64,000 nucleotides of DNA, taken from NCBI GenBank assembly GCA_025603075.1, contig MU626295.1, forward strand, positions 1-64,000, in the 5' to 3' direction. Origin of the DNA: Neoconidiobolus thromboides FSU 785. Taxonomy: Eukaryota; Fungi; Entomophthoromycota. A program made the translations under genes and the position numbers. Below, one piece after another: positions 37,186 through 49,724 of the stretch. The notes under the pieces were generated by a model, which worked only from the letters and a program-made list of their open reading frames with translations, ran no database searches and was not told where the DNA came from. The first letter of the stretch is position 1. Each line of letters opens with the position of its first letter.

Positions 37186-37998
37186 TTGAATTTTTTTGAT
37201 ATTAAAATGAAAAGTTGAATCTTTTATTTTTTTTGAAAATTTAGTTTTCCAAAAAAGTAAGTTCAACAATTCCCCAAAACTTGATATTTCTATTCTTAAA
37301 TTGTAAATTATTGTAAATTAAGAATGGTATTAAGCCAATTAAATGAATATTTTCTGAAGATTACTTCCGCATAAAGCTTAGCTCTAGAGTAAAAAGGTCA
37401 AAATCAATCTAGCAAAGTTGCTAAAATTGAAAGTAAATTCATTAAAAAATTATACTAACAACTTTTATCATTGTATTTTAAACTGATGAAATTAGAATAG
37501 TGTAAATTATGAAGAACGGCATCTACTAATAAATATTAATAATAATAAATTATATTTACTTTATATTAATAGTCAGTTTATTTTTCTTAATGATTATTGT
37601 TTTTTTATTATGAATTTTCAGAGGATAAAATTTCTAAAGTATTTTGTTTTTAAAATAATATCAAAGCCTATTAGGATTGAGGTAAAAAATTAGAACAAAG
37701 AGAGTTACCTTAGGTTTGCTTCAAACATTCTGACTTTGATTTGACTTCTTTGGACTTGGTTAGCTATACACATTACTTTCATTGTTTTTAATAGCCAATA
37801 TTTGATTTAAAAACAAAAACTTACTAATTTTTTTAAATAAAACCAGTCTTTAGGTTAATTAAAAATGACTTATTTTATTACTATAAAATAAAAGCAAAAT
37901 AAAACAATTAAATAGTTATAAAAAGATAAATGAATTCTCTATACTTTATACCTTTAATTATAGAAATACTAAAGTTTGAATTGCCACTTTAATCATGT

Positions 37999-38095
37999 GG
38001 GGGTGCTTTTTTTAGTTTCATTATTTTTCCATTTTTTGAGCGCTATTTGAGTAGAAAGATTGTAGCAAAATTCCTAAACAGAAAAATTCATCCTC
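37999..38095 (-). mobile_element. MITE copy 12
   Basis: Reverse consensus match; ATGT on both flanks (37995-37998, 38096-38099). Confidence 0.9.
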
Positions 38096-38836
38096 ATGTA
38101 TAAAGTAATCGAATTCGTTAAAATTGTCAATCCATTCAAAAAAACCTTATCAAAATAGCACTGTTAATTTTATCATCATACAATGGTTACTTGCCCAATT
38201 GATTTTATGCAATGATTTTCCTAATCTTTAAGAAATTGAAAACTGACATTTTCAACTGTTTTAGTTTAGTCATTATTTGAATTATGAATAATCTTATTCT
38301 TTGTTTGAACTTTTATAAGCCTTCTTTTTTTGATAGATAGAGTTTATCATATTTATAAAAAAATTTGATATTTTAATAAGTACCTCTTGATTATAAACTT
38401 TAAATAAAGTTTTTTTAAGCAAGTGACTGTTTTTTAGATTATTTGTAATCTATTGAACTGACCTTTGAGTCTGTACTCATAAGCTACCTAAAAACTTAGC
38501 TTTTAAGAAAATTAATTGAAATTTTTAGTTTCAAAATTTTGGGTGCAATAAACTATAAGTAATAACTGTTTTAACTGTTTTAGATAAGCCATGTTTTTAA
38601 TCTTATTTATCAAATTATTACAGATACATCTATCATCATTTAAGTTTGATTAGTTTCGAGTAACATATGAATAGGAACCACAAAGCTATGATATACAATC
38701 AATATATTATTAAAAATTAAAAAAGTATTAAAAATTAATAAGGAACACTAAAAAACACTAAAAAAATTAAACTTTATTATATATTACAATGGGAATGTGG
38801 TTAGTAAAAAGCGAAGCAAAAATAAAAACAAAGAAT

Positions 38837-40241
38837 TTAAAGAAGTGAGTTATATACTTTTGAAAACCAGCCAGAAAGTGATGAATCTCTCAATGAATCT
38901 TGAGATGATTTAGGTGATAATATTGGTAAATGATGAGTCGGAGGTGAAAGGATAACAGGTCCTAAAGCTGGACTTTGTAATTTAGAATGCATTACACCTT
39001 CCACTTTTTCTTCTAACTGTTGTAGCCTTTGTAATGATCTTCGAACTAATACCATACCTTGTCCAAGTCTCTGGGAGGTGGATTGTATCATTGCTGTTGT
39101 TTCATCAGTTAAGCCTGATGGTGGAGGTGGTCCTGTTACTGATCTTGCCCTACTCTTATTGGAACTATGAGAATTGGACCTTGTATGATTAGCTGAAGAT
39201 GCTTTGCTTTTTGAAGACTTGGATGTGGATTGAGAATTTGATTTTGATTTAATTGATTGTTGTTTAACCGGTGAAGCCAAACAAAGTGGTGTTATAGAGG
39301 ATAGTGAAGGTTGTCGTGTTTGCCTCGTTGATGGTCCAATGCTGGGTGTATACGGTACAGTTGGAAGTAACTCAACTGATTTTACTGAAGAATTGGAATT
39401 CCTTCGAAACATTTGTGGTTTTTCTGATAAAGGTGATGTTGTTGAAGCTTCGTGTGAGTTGTAATTATATTGTTGTTCATAAGAAGGTCCAGATAATTGA
39501 GAAAAGCCGCTTATAGTTGATATTGAATCCATATGACTAAATCCTGGTCTCTCTTCATTGTCCATTAATTCTTCAAAAGAAAACTCGCTTGAGTTATCAT
39601 CATCTTCATATAATTGCGTATTTTCTACATCAATATTCAATACCTTAGACATAATTATATCATTATTCCTAAAAATTATTAAATACTTAATAAATTAAAG
39701 AGTATTCTAAACTTACTCTAAAGATATTTTTAATTCGTGAATTTGTTTCAATAGTATTTTCGTTGTAGTCCTAAAAAGAAGTATCAATAACTGTCCGTTT
39801 TTATAAAAATTAAAATAGTATATATTGATAAACCACTTACAAGTCTTCAACAATTAATGGGTGTAAATAGCTTTGAAGTTCGAGTTTTGGATAAGAGGTC
39901 CAATTAGATAAAATGGGAAAAAGAAATGCCAGATAAAGTATTTTACAATCTTCTATATCATAATCCTTATATTCTTTCCATGCTTCCCATTTCCTTATTA
40001 TAAAATTATCAGATTTCGATTCGAGGGATTGTACAAACTTTCCTTTCGACTTGATCTAATACTTGTTAGCTGAATTGATTAGTATTGAGGATTCATTTAC
40101 CTGCTTATACAATCCATAAAATATTAATTCCGATTTTATTGATACTGTTAGCTCACTTCTAATCAATGGACTTTTATACGGAGCTAACTTTATGATATTA
40201 ATTGCCAATTCAAATAGATGGGTGATTGACTTAGAAGACAT
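38837..40241 (-). CDS. Acyl-CoA-binding (ACBP) domain protein with long Ser-rich disordered region and coiled coil, 4 exons
   Basis: Spliced frame FYGLYKQ|IKS...IRKWEAWKEYKD...CKILYL (ACBP signature residues) runs in phase through two further introns into the 271-aa ORF 38837..39652. Confidence 0.8.
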
Positions 40242-41213
40242 AGTCAAAATTAAAAAATTAAAAAAGTAACTAAATAATAATGAATTAGAGAAAAGAAAAG
40301 GAAAAATAGACTAATACATACCTAAATAAATAAGTTGTGGTGAAGAGTTAAATTAATTTATAATCAGAAACAAGGATAAATTCGAAAATTATCTAACAGA
40401 ATTTAAGCTTTAAAAGATAAAAATTTTAATATGGGTGGAGAGAAACTTTATTTAAGTGGAATTTAATTTAATTTGTATCCTATCTTATCGTTCTATTTCA
40501 GTTTCAGATTGGCTGGAGATAAAAAATTCTCAAATTTTTGCAGCTTTAAATGAACGGTGAACTTATAATGAGTCATAAGTTAATTTGGCTAATAACAAAT
40601 GATATACAAAGTTACCATGATTTTCACAGGTAGCATCATCTTTAATGAGCTTTATTCCAAACTCTGGCATAAATTTATTCTTCCTTTAAGTTTGCATAAA
40701 GTATAAGATTAATAAAATAAACGTATCATTACGAAAACATAAATTTATAGATAAACTTCAAGGCGTTTGAATGATATGTTAATCACCCACTTTTAAATTT
40801 AAAAAATCAGGCAAACTTTGTAGGAAACTCTGAATATGAAAATAGATATAAACTTAATATTAAATCATAAATATTTAAGAATAAAATAGTAAACAAAAGG
40901 GTATTTATCGTCATTGATTTTCCACTAATATTATTTCATTATTATATTGATTCTATTAAACTTTTGAATAGAGAGAACAAAGTGCTTAAAATGCTATATT
41001 AACGGTGAGTTTCATCTTTAGCCATAACTGCGAAAAAAATTAAAAGTTAAATTGAGGTTTCAAGAATATTATATTCAAAAATTGTATGGAAATCATATAC
41101 TACTATCTACTTTAAATGATTTATTGTTGTTTATATTTTGAAAATCGAGGTAAATAAATTATACGATTTCGAAGCAAATCAATGATAAGTTATCAATATA
41201 ATTTTCACTATAT

Positions 41214-41308
41214 GGGGATGTGTTTTTTTATTTAAGAATTTTACTACAATCTTTCCACTCAAATAGCGCTTAAAAAATGGAAAAATAATGAAACTAAAAA
41301 ACAGCCTC
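41214..41308 (+). mobile_element. MITE copy 13
   Basis: Consensus match; ATAT on both flanks. Confidence 0.92.
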
Positions 41309-41314
41309 ATATGA

Positions 41315-41406
41315 ATGAATGTTTTTTTTTGGTTTCATCACTTTTTCATTTCTAATATGTTATTTTAATGGGGAAGTTAATAAAATTCTTTAAAAAAAAC
41401 ATCCCT
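41315..41406 (-). mobile_element. MITE copy 14 (older), tail-to-tail with copy 13
   Basis: Degenerate reverse match ending aaacatccct, followed by ATAT. Confidence 0.8.
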
Positions 41407-42261
41407 ATATTATTAATAGAATATATTAGTAATATATTATTGAATTTTAGCCCTTTTGCCTAAAATCGACTTTGACTTACTATTGTGTAGATAGCTTAAA
41501 ATAAATATAAAAGCTATTAATAATATGAAGGTTTTAATATTGTCAATAGTATTCCAAGCTTAATTTATAATGAATTTTTTATAAACAAATCTATTAATAA
41601 ATTATAAAATTACTTTTAAAAAAATACAAAAAATACAATGCTGGTTTAAAAAGGAGATTTGATTTAATATATCAAATTTATTATTATACATATTACATGT
41701 TAAAAGCAGGTGTTTAACATCTTATTTTTTTATGTATTAATAATACCAATAGTATTCATAATTTATAAATTTAGATATTAAAAAATGTTGGGTATAAATA
41801 TTTAAATTCAATTAGCCGGTTTTAGAACTTAGTTATCTAAATTTCTTTATTTAGTAATTAAATGATTGTCTTTTAAAAACCTATAAGGTCGCTCTATATT
41901 ATTTAAAGCTTTGGAGCTCTTTGAGTTAAAAATTACACACTGAATAATATGTCACAAATATAATAATATATTAAAAATAAATTCTAGAATTAAAAATATA
42001 ACTTATAGATGGAAATTAAAAACTAGTTTAGCTGAATTATAATTTTAAGAGAAAGCTTAATTGAATTTAAGCTGTAAAAATTGAAACCAGTTTAATTTGA
42101 TTTTTTACTTTCAAGGATTTCTATTTATTTATCTAGTAATCAAAAGTACTATAATTATCAAAAATGTTTTATTTAAATAAAAGTACTTATATTAATTATA
42201 TTTAGAATATTATTTAATGTTTAAAATCATATTATATCTTAAAGTTTTTATGAAGCTATAT

Positions 42262-42355
42262 GAAGATGTATTTTTTTGCTCAAGAATTTTACCAACATTT
42301 TTCCACTCAAGTAGCACTTAAAAAATTAAGAAAATGAAGTTAAAAAAATACCCTT
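42262..42355 (+). mobile_element. MITE copy 15
   Basis: gaagatgtattttt...taccctt; ATAT on both flanks. Confidence 0.88.
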
Positions 42356-42361
42356 ATATAG

Positions 42362-42822
42362 TGTGAAATCTGGTACTTAGTGATTGGAGCCAAAAACAGC
42401 TATTGCTGGGTTGACTACACTATAAGTCGAAAGGTCTTAGTTTATGTGACTAAGATAGATTTAGATTATAAAGAATAGCACGTAATAGGCTATGGACTAT
42501 GTAAGACAAATAGAATAGACAATAATAATGTAAAATCTACATAAAATACTATTAAGTAAACTTAATGGCTTTATTAAATGTTCGAAATATCAGTGAATAA
42601 TTCAGTTAAAAAGCCTCGAGCTACTATACTCTAAAATCTCTTTTACACTCTGAAAAGTATAAATATCAAAATAAGATAATATTCTTTGGGATGAAGCTAG
42701 AAACCCTCATAGCAAACCAAACTAAGAGCGTGAGATTAATTGCCTCTAAACTCAAGAACGCAACAGTTTAGGTGATTATTATGCTATAATTAACCACGGG
42801 GCTGACAAAGCGATATTTCACA
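42362..42822. mobile_element. Probable solo LTR (or Ginger-like TG...CA element), 461 bp
   Basis: Begins TGTGAAAT and ends ATTTCACA (8-bp perfect inverted termini); ATAG direct repeat on both sides (42358-42361, 42823-42826); interior visibly less AT-rich than its surroundings. Confidence 0.75.
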
Positions 42823-42923
42823 ATAGTAAGTTTAATTAACTTCAAATAATTTTCCTATTAAAAATTATTGTGTTCTTAAATTGATATGATTAATTTAGAA
42901 TTTTTTAGTTGAATTTATTATAT

Positions 42924-42952
42924 GGGGATGTATTTTTGTGTTTAAGAATTTT
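42924..42952 (+). mobile_element. MITE copy 16, 5' fragment only
   Basis: ATAT-ggggatgtatttttgtgtttaagaatttt, then similarity stops. Confidence 0.8.
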
Positions 42953-43143
42953 ATTGATAAATGTAAGATGTTATTTTACTAACTTTATAATTGATTACAA
43001 TGTAATAACTGTTTAAATCATTTATATAACTAATCGTAATTTTACAATTAATTCGATTATAATTTATATAATGAATATATTTAGCTTTAAGCAATTTGGT
43101 TATTAAAAATTATAATCTTTTTAAATTCAGGTATAATTAGTTT

Positions 43144-43242
43144 GGGGATGTATTTTTGTATTTAAGAATTTTACCAGCAAATTTTCCACTCAAATAGCGC
43201 TTAAAAAATCGAAAAAATAATGAAGTCAAAAAAAACACTCTC
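43144..43242 (+). mobile_element. MITE copy 17
   Basis: Full-length consensus match; flanks not duplicated (GTTT/ATGT). Confidence 0.9.
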
Positions 43243-43625
43243 ATGTCATCATACAAACTATTTTCTCAACTTGATACATTAGTATTTCAGGGTATTGTAT
43301 TTTTGTTATAGCCATAATATAACGAAAATATTTTAATCAAATCAATTTTTTTGTATCTGTTTTTAGTTTCTAGTTTTAGCTCTGTACATTTTTATAAATG
43401 TAAAATTAAATACTGATCAAAAAATTTGCAAGAACTTTTGAAAAATCTAAATACTATATCAGAGATATCATTGTGATTGAAATGGCTAGTCTAAAGATAT
43501 AAATAGTTCAAGCAAGCTCTAAAACAAGCCAATAAAGTGTGTTATTTTGATGAATAATTTACGTCAATCAAATCTAAATTTAAAGCTTTAAAATAAAATA
43601 AAACTTGATCTTTTGTTTATTGAGT

Positions 43626-44709
43626 ATGTCATTTGAATCTGAAGGGACTAAAAGCAAATTGTTACTTAAAAATATTGACACATTGAGTTTTATAAGGGGA
43701 AGAAACACTAAAGCTAGAAGGCTAGAACCAATATCTCAATTGACATGTGCTGGAAACAACATAGATTGCGATAATGCTGATATAGGTAATTAAATAAAAT
43801 TTGGCTATCCATTTATTCATTTTTAGATTTTGTTACTTGTCACAACACCTATCTCGGAGAAGAATGTAATGCAATAACGCTATACTAAAAAATATTTATT
43901 AAATTGCGTATTAGTGGATTCACTGCAGTATTGGAAATGTTCAGCTGAAATGCCTACACAGTATTCATTTAAAGATACTGAAGTGTCTTGTGAAGGTATA
44001 TACTTTGGAAAAAACAATTAAAAAATTAAAAAAGTTAGGGTATTCTTATAGCGGTGATCCACATATATTGGATGGAAGCTGTGGGTTAAAATATACTTTG
44101 AATTACCATCCAGATGGTAAAAGAAAAGGAAAAGGTAATTAAAAATACACATTTAATTATTTCTAATATTTTAAGAATCTGCCAGTTCAAATGCTGCTGG
44201 TTTATTTCTAATAGTTTGGTTCGCTTTATTGTTTTTTATCATTTACAAAATATACACACAAAGGAATAACAGAACCAATAGTCCTGGCTTTAATAAGTAA
44301 ATTAAATATATTTTAAATACATTTCTTAATTTTATAGTGATGATCCAAATAATCCACCACCGCCTCCGTATAGTGAGATAGATCCTGATTATGGTAAAAA
44401 TTATTAATGAACATTTTTGACAATTTATTTTAATACGAAAAAGATAATTCAGATCATCCTAATCAATCTTCAACTTTGAGAAATATAAAGTAATACTATA
44501 TTTTATTTCAAAGTAGATATTTAAACTTTAATAGCCCAAGGTTGGGGAATTCACTATTACGTTCAAGGCAGCAAACTGGTAATATTTAAACTAGTGCATG
44601 AAGAAATTCATTATTTATTAATTTTATAGATACAGCACCCCATAGCTCATTTGAAGAGACATCTAGTAGCCATGTTTCGGATTCCTTTGCCTTTAGTAAC
44701 TCACGTTGA
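43626..44709 (+). CDS. SARAF/TMEM66 (store-operated Ca2+ entry regulatory factor, DUF1183)-like membrane protein, 9 exons
   Basis: Spliced: LLLKNIDTLSF...TKARRLEPISQLTC...C...VTC...YWKC...EVSCEGY...ILDGSCGLKYTL, one TM helix, PPPPPYS motif, ending SNSR*. All eight introns are GT-AG and in phase. Start codon uncertain. Confidence 0.88.
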
Positions 44710-45587
44710 AAATAAAAGTTTAGGATTCATAATTTTACTAACTTCACTTAACATATCATTTCATATTGCTATAGCCAATTTAATCATAAGCTCTAATTTT
44801 TACTCTAACCTTTTAGTTATTTGTGCTTTAAATAATTTATATATCTATTATAAGTCATTGTTCATGGCTAAATCAAATTGTTATTATATTTTAATATAAA
44901 AGCAGGCAATCTGATTGATTGCATTTGATAATAATATTTTATGTTTTAAAACTCATCTAAAGCATAATCTATTTTTGAACATTGTAGAAATAATATTATT
45001 AAAAGCACACCTTAGCTACTGTATAAGTATATCTCTCTAATCGAGAACTCTGCAATTTGGATAATTTTTGTCCTTTTTTATACTAAAAAATATTTCATAC
45101 TCTTTTTCTACCTTTTAAGCTAAGGACCTATGGCTCGCTAAACATTCTTTTTTATTTATATGAACGATATATAAACAAAGTTAAATACATAGTTCTGATT
45201 ATCAAATCATTAACTTCATGCCTTTATATTTCCCAAATTTGCTTAGTCCTTATACTGATTTGAACCTTCTATAAGTTAGTTTGAACATTTTGGTGTCAAA
45301 TGGAATAATGTGTATTTGATGACAAAGGAATTAATTTCAATAAACACTAAAGCTTAATGATTTCCTGTATATATTATAAAAGTAGAACTTTTCAGTTCAA
45401 TTTTATGAAAATAGGCAAATAGCTTTTAGCCACTTTGGCTTTATCGTCATCAAAAAGGACAAATATAATTGGTTAATTGTAAAATATAACAAACTACAAA
45501 ATCAATTGTAATATTATTTTAATATCTCAATTAAATAGTGATTATAATTTACTTAAACGATTACAATTTAAATTATTACTGATAGAA

Positions 45588-48500
45588 ATGTCTGGACAAC
45601 CTCCCATAAATGGTCAGCACAATAAACAACAATTTACATCCCCGCCCTATCCTGGTGGCGCAAGACCACCAACAGGGAATATACCACCCCAAGGAATGAG
45701 CAATCCACCATTTAATCCAAATAGACCACATTTGGGTCAACCAAACTTCAATCCAAATGCCAGACCAATCCCAGGGCAACCTATGCATCATCCAGGACAA
45801 TCTGTCCAACAGCCTGGCAACCGTCCTCCATTCCCGCATCAACAGATGCAAAGACCAATGCAACGTAAGATTATTCATGTATTTGTATTAATTTACTTAA
45901 TTTTTAAAAGAAAATCAACCACCAAGGCCAGGTCCACCTCAACAGCAAAATTTTAACCGAGGTATGCCTCAACCTCAACATATTTTGCCAAACCCTGTTC
46001 CAAACCAACAGAATCAAATGAATCAACTCAATAATCAGTTTAATTCAATGAATTTACAACAACAACAACAACCCGTTGTAGATGTAATAGAAAAATAATA
46101 TTATTGTAAAATTTATTAAAAGTTGTTTAGAGTAAACCGAAGGTGAGATCACGTTATGCTAATGATCCAAGTTTATCACCTGGATCTAATACGCAACAGT
46201 TACCAAATTATGGGATGTCTTCTCCTCCAGCTTCCTACCAAGCCAACCCAAACATGAATCCAGGTATGGGACAACCTTCTGGATACAATAACTTGCAAGG
46301 CGGACAAGATAAAACTGGATTCCAACAGCGCAAAGCTATAGATATCAATATGGCACCTTCAGCAGTTGAGTTTCAATTGTTGGATCAACAAGAGTATTTG
46401 AACGAACCTTATTTTACTTTAACTAAGGATATTGTTCCTAAAGCATCTTCAGATTATTGCGCTATAGATAATGGTATTATATTTAAATAGCAAGAGAATA
46501 AATGTTAATCACTAATTTAGGTAATGCCAACCCTAAATTTATGAGAATAACCACTCGTAATGTCTCTGTTTCTGGAGAGCTTCAAGAAGCTTCACATATC
46601 CCATTAGCTCTTGTAGTACAACCTCTAGCTGAACTTAGAGAAGATGAAGTAAGTTACTTAAAAGTATTTAGATATTGGTTTAAAATGATTAGATCCCAGT
46701 TCAAGAGGTTGATTTTGGTGAGCAAGGACCTATTCGTTGTACTCGCTGCAAGGCATATATAAATCCATTTGTGACTTTTGTTTCCGGAGGTCGTAAATAC
46801 TTGTGTAATTTATGTAGATTTGAAAATGAAGGTAGAATTTATCTAATTCAAACGATACAAATCCTTAAATTGCTTTATAGTTCCTGATGCTTATTTCTGT
46901 AATTTGGATATGAATGGTAGACGCCTTGATGCTGATCAAAGAGCTGAACTTAGATTCGGATCCGTTGACTTTGTAGCCACTAAGGTATATCATAAATTGA
47001 ATAATATTCTTTTACTAATTATCATAGGAATTTTGTAATCGTCCACCTGCACCAGCCAGTATTGTTTTTGCAGTTGATATTTCGTGGAATGCTGTACAAA
47101 ATGGATCACTCCATCAGTCTATTCAGGCAATTAAAAACGTCCTGTATGGACCAGCCCCAGTACAAAACGTTAAAATTGGGCTTATTACATTTGATAGAAA
47201 CGTTCACTTCTATAACTTTAATGCTTGTTTAGACCAAGCTCAAATGCTAGTTGTATCTGATTCTAACGATCCTTTTGTACCTTTATCTGATGGTTTCTTA
47301 GTTGACCCTAACGAATCTCGGTAAAATATTCTATAAATTTTGTTATTATTTTTAATCTCTTTTAGCCACGTGATTGAACCATTTTTAGAAGCTCTTCCAA
47401 CCATGTATGGTAACAACCGTACAGCCGAAGCTGCACTTGGAGCTGCTTTAACCTGTGGTCAATTAGCATTGGCTGAAACTGGTGGAAGAATCTTTGCTTT
47501 CCAAACATGTTTACCTTCTTATGGCGCAGGTGCTCTTAAATCAAGAGATAACCTTAAATTATTCGGCACTGAAAAAGAGAAAGCATTGTTCGCATGTGCC
47601 GATTCATTTTATGAAAAGCTTGGTCAAAATTGTGTAGAAAGTGGAGTATCTATTGATCTCTTTATTTCTACTAACACTTACGTTGATATTGCTACTATTG
47701 GTAATCTTAACGTTTATCTTTTTAAACTTTTATTGATGATTTTAGGCTTCCCAACAATTAAAACTGGTGGTGAGCTCTTCTTCTACCCCGGATTTGATCC
47801 CAAGAAGCATGGTATAAAACTTTCAGAAGATCTTGTTAAAGTGGCTACTAGACCATTTGGCACTAGCGGAGTTCTCCGTGTACGTTGCTCTGATGGCCTT
47901 ATAGTTGATCGTCACATCGGAAACTTTTTGATGCGTAATAGTGCCGATGTAGAACTTGGGGCATTAGATAGCGAAAAAACTATTACTGCTTTAATACAAC
48001 ATGAATCTGGAAAATTGGATGAGAAACTAGATGTATCATTCCAAGTAGCTTTACTTTATACCCGTTCTACTGGGGAAAGACGTATAAGAGTACATAATCT
48101 TTCTGTCCCAGTTACTACCCTTATGGGCAATATCTTCAAGTTTGCTGATATTGATTGTCTTATGAACGTATTAGCTAAACTCTCGGTAATGGCCAGCTTG
48201 GAAACTCCACTTAAAACAGTACGTGATAATTTAACTGAGAAGTCTGTTAAGATCTTAACTTCTTATCGTAAAAATTGTGCACAAGGCACTTCCCCAGGAC
48301 AGGTTAGACTTTGTATCCTTGTTTTAAAACGTTGCTTATCAAATTTTAGTTAATTTTACCTGAGGTCCTTAAGTTACTTCCATTGTACACCAACAGTCTT
48401 TTGAAAAACAAAGCTTTAAGAGCAGGTAAGACCATTGCTGAACTATTTATAATGTAGTGTTTAATTTACTATAAAGGCATGGATGTTTCCCTTGATTTAA

Positions 48501-49185
48501 GAGTAGCAAATCTTTTCAACTGGCTCTCTCGCTCTGTTACACAATCCCTTTTAATTTTATATCCAAGGGTAGCAGCCCTCCATACTTTATCACCTGAAGT
48601 AAGTCGTAAGTATTTTAAATATTTGATATTAAATAAAACTTTAGGTTGGTAAACCAGGGGAAAACGGACGTGTACTCCTACCCCCATTAACAAGAGCAGC
48701 TTATACTTTCCTTGAGCCTACTGGAGCCTATTTATTAGGTAAATGTGTAAAGTCATTTTTTATTAAGTCAAGTATTTAATTTATTTATAGAGGATGGCGA
48801 TCATCTTTTCTTATGGCTAGGTCGTAAAATAGATCAAGGATTTTTAAGTGCCTTGTTTGGTGTATCTGCTATAGAGCAAGTAGACCCTAACTTGGTAATT
48901 TATTTATACAAACATAATAATAACATATTAACTATAAATTGAATTTAGAATGAACTCCCACATTTGGATAACCCATTCAGCGAACAAGTTTCATCAGTAA
49001 TTAAAGCTATAAAAGAACAGAGATCTCATGGAATGAACTTACAAATTGTAAGACAACAGTTAGATGCATCCGAAGTGGAATTTTGTAACCTTTTAAGTGA
49101 AGATAAAAATCTAGACAACCCATCTTATGTAGATTATCTTTGCTTAGTCCACCGACAAATTCAAACTGAGGTGAGCCGAGTCTAA
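45588..49185 (+). CDS. SEC24: COPII coat subunit Sec24 (SEC24C/D / Sfb3-like), multi-exon
   Basis: Pro/Gln-rich N-terminus; NANPKFMRIT, PLALVVQPLA, Zn finger PIRCTRCKAYINPF...CNLC, ELRFGSVDFVA, FQVALLYTRSTGERRIRVHNL, gelsolin-like C-terminus SYVDYLCLVHRQI. Confidence 0.95.
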
Positions 49186-49724
49186 TATTTCTTTTCCTAA
49201 AATATTTTGTTACTTGTTAATATAAATTTTAAAATATTCTTTAAAACGATTGTTTATCTTTGTTTTGTTTTTTACCAATTGTTTATTATTTGTGTTTATC
49301 CTCTAATATTTATTTATTTAGAGCAAACCCCCACCACCTGCACCAAAGTTCAGCTTTCATTAAGATTTATGATTTCAGAGTAGTTTTAGTAATTTTTAAA
49401 AGTTTATCAAAATAAAATGAATTTAAATTTTTAGATAAAATAAATGCTAGATTAATTTATGGCATATAATTTTTGCTAAATATATTATATTGTCTAAAAT
49501 ACTTATACTATACTATAGTTCATTATAGGTATAATATTTTATATTTATGTTATCGAGCATTGTCTTAGATATGTCTATTGGGTAGCATATTATTGTACAG
49601 AAGCATACGCTTTATTAGTTATAATATTACAAAAAGAATAAAATTTTAACATAAATGGATAGATACATTTATATAATTAAAAATGATTGAAAAGGCTTAA
49701 AAATTTTTTTTATTTTTCTATAAA

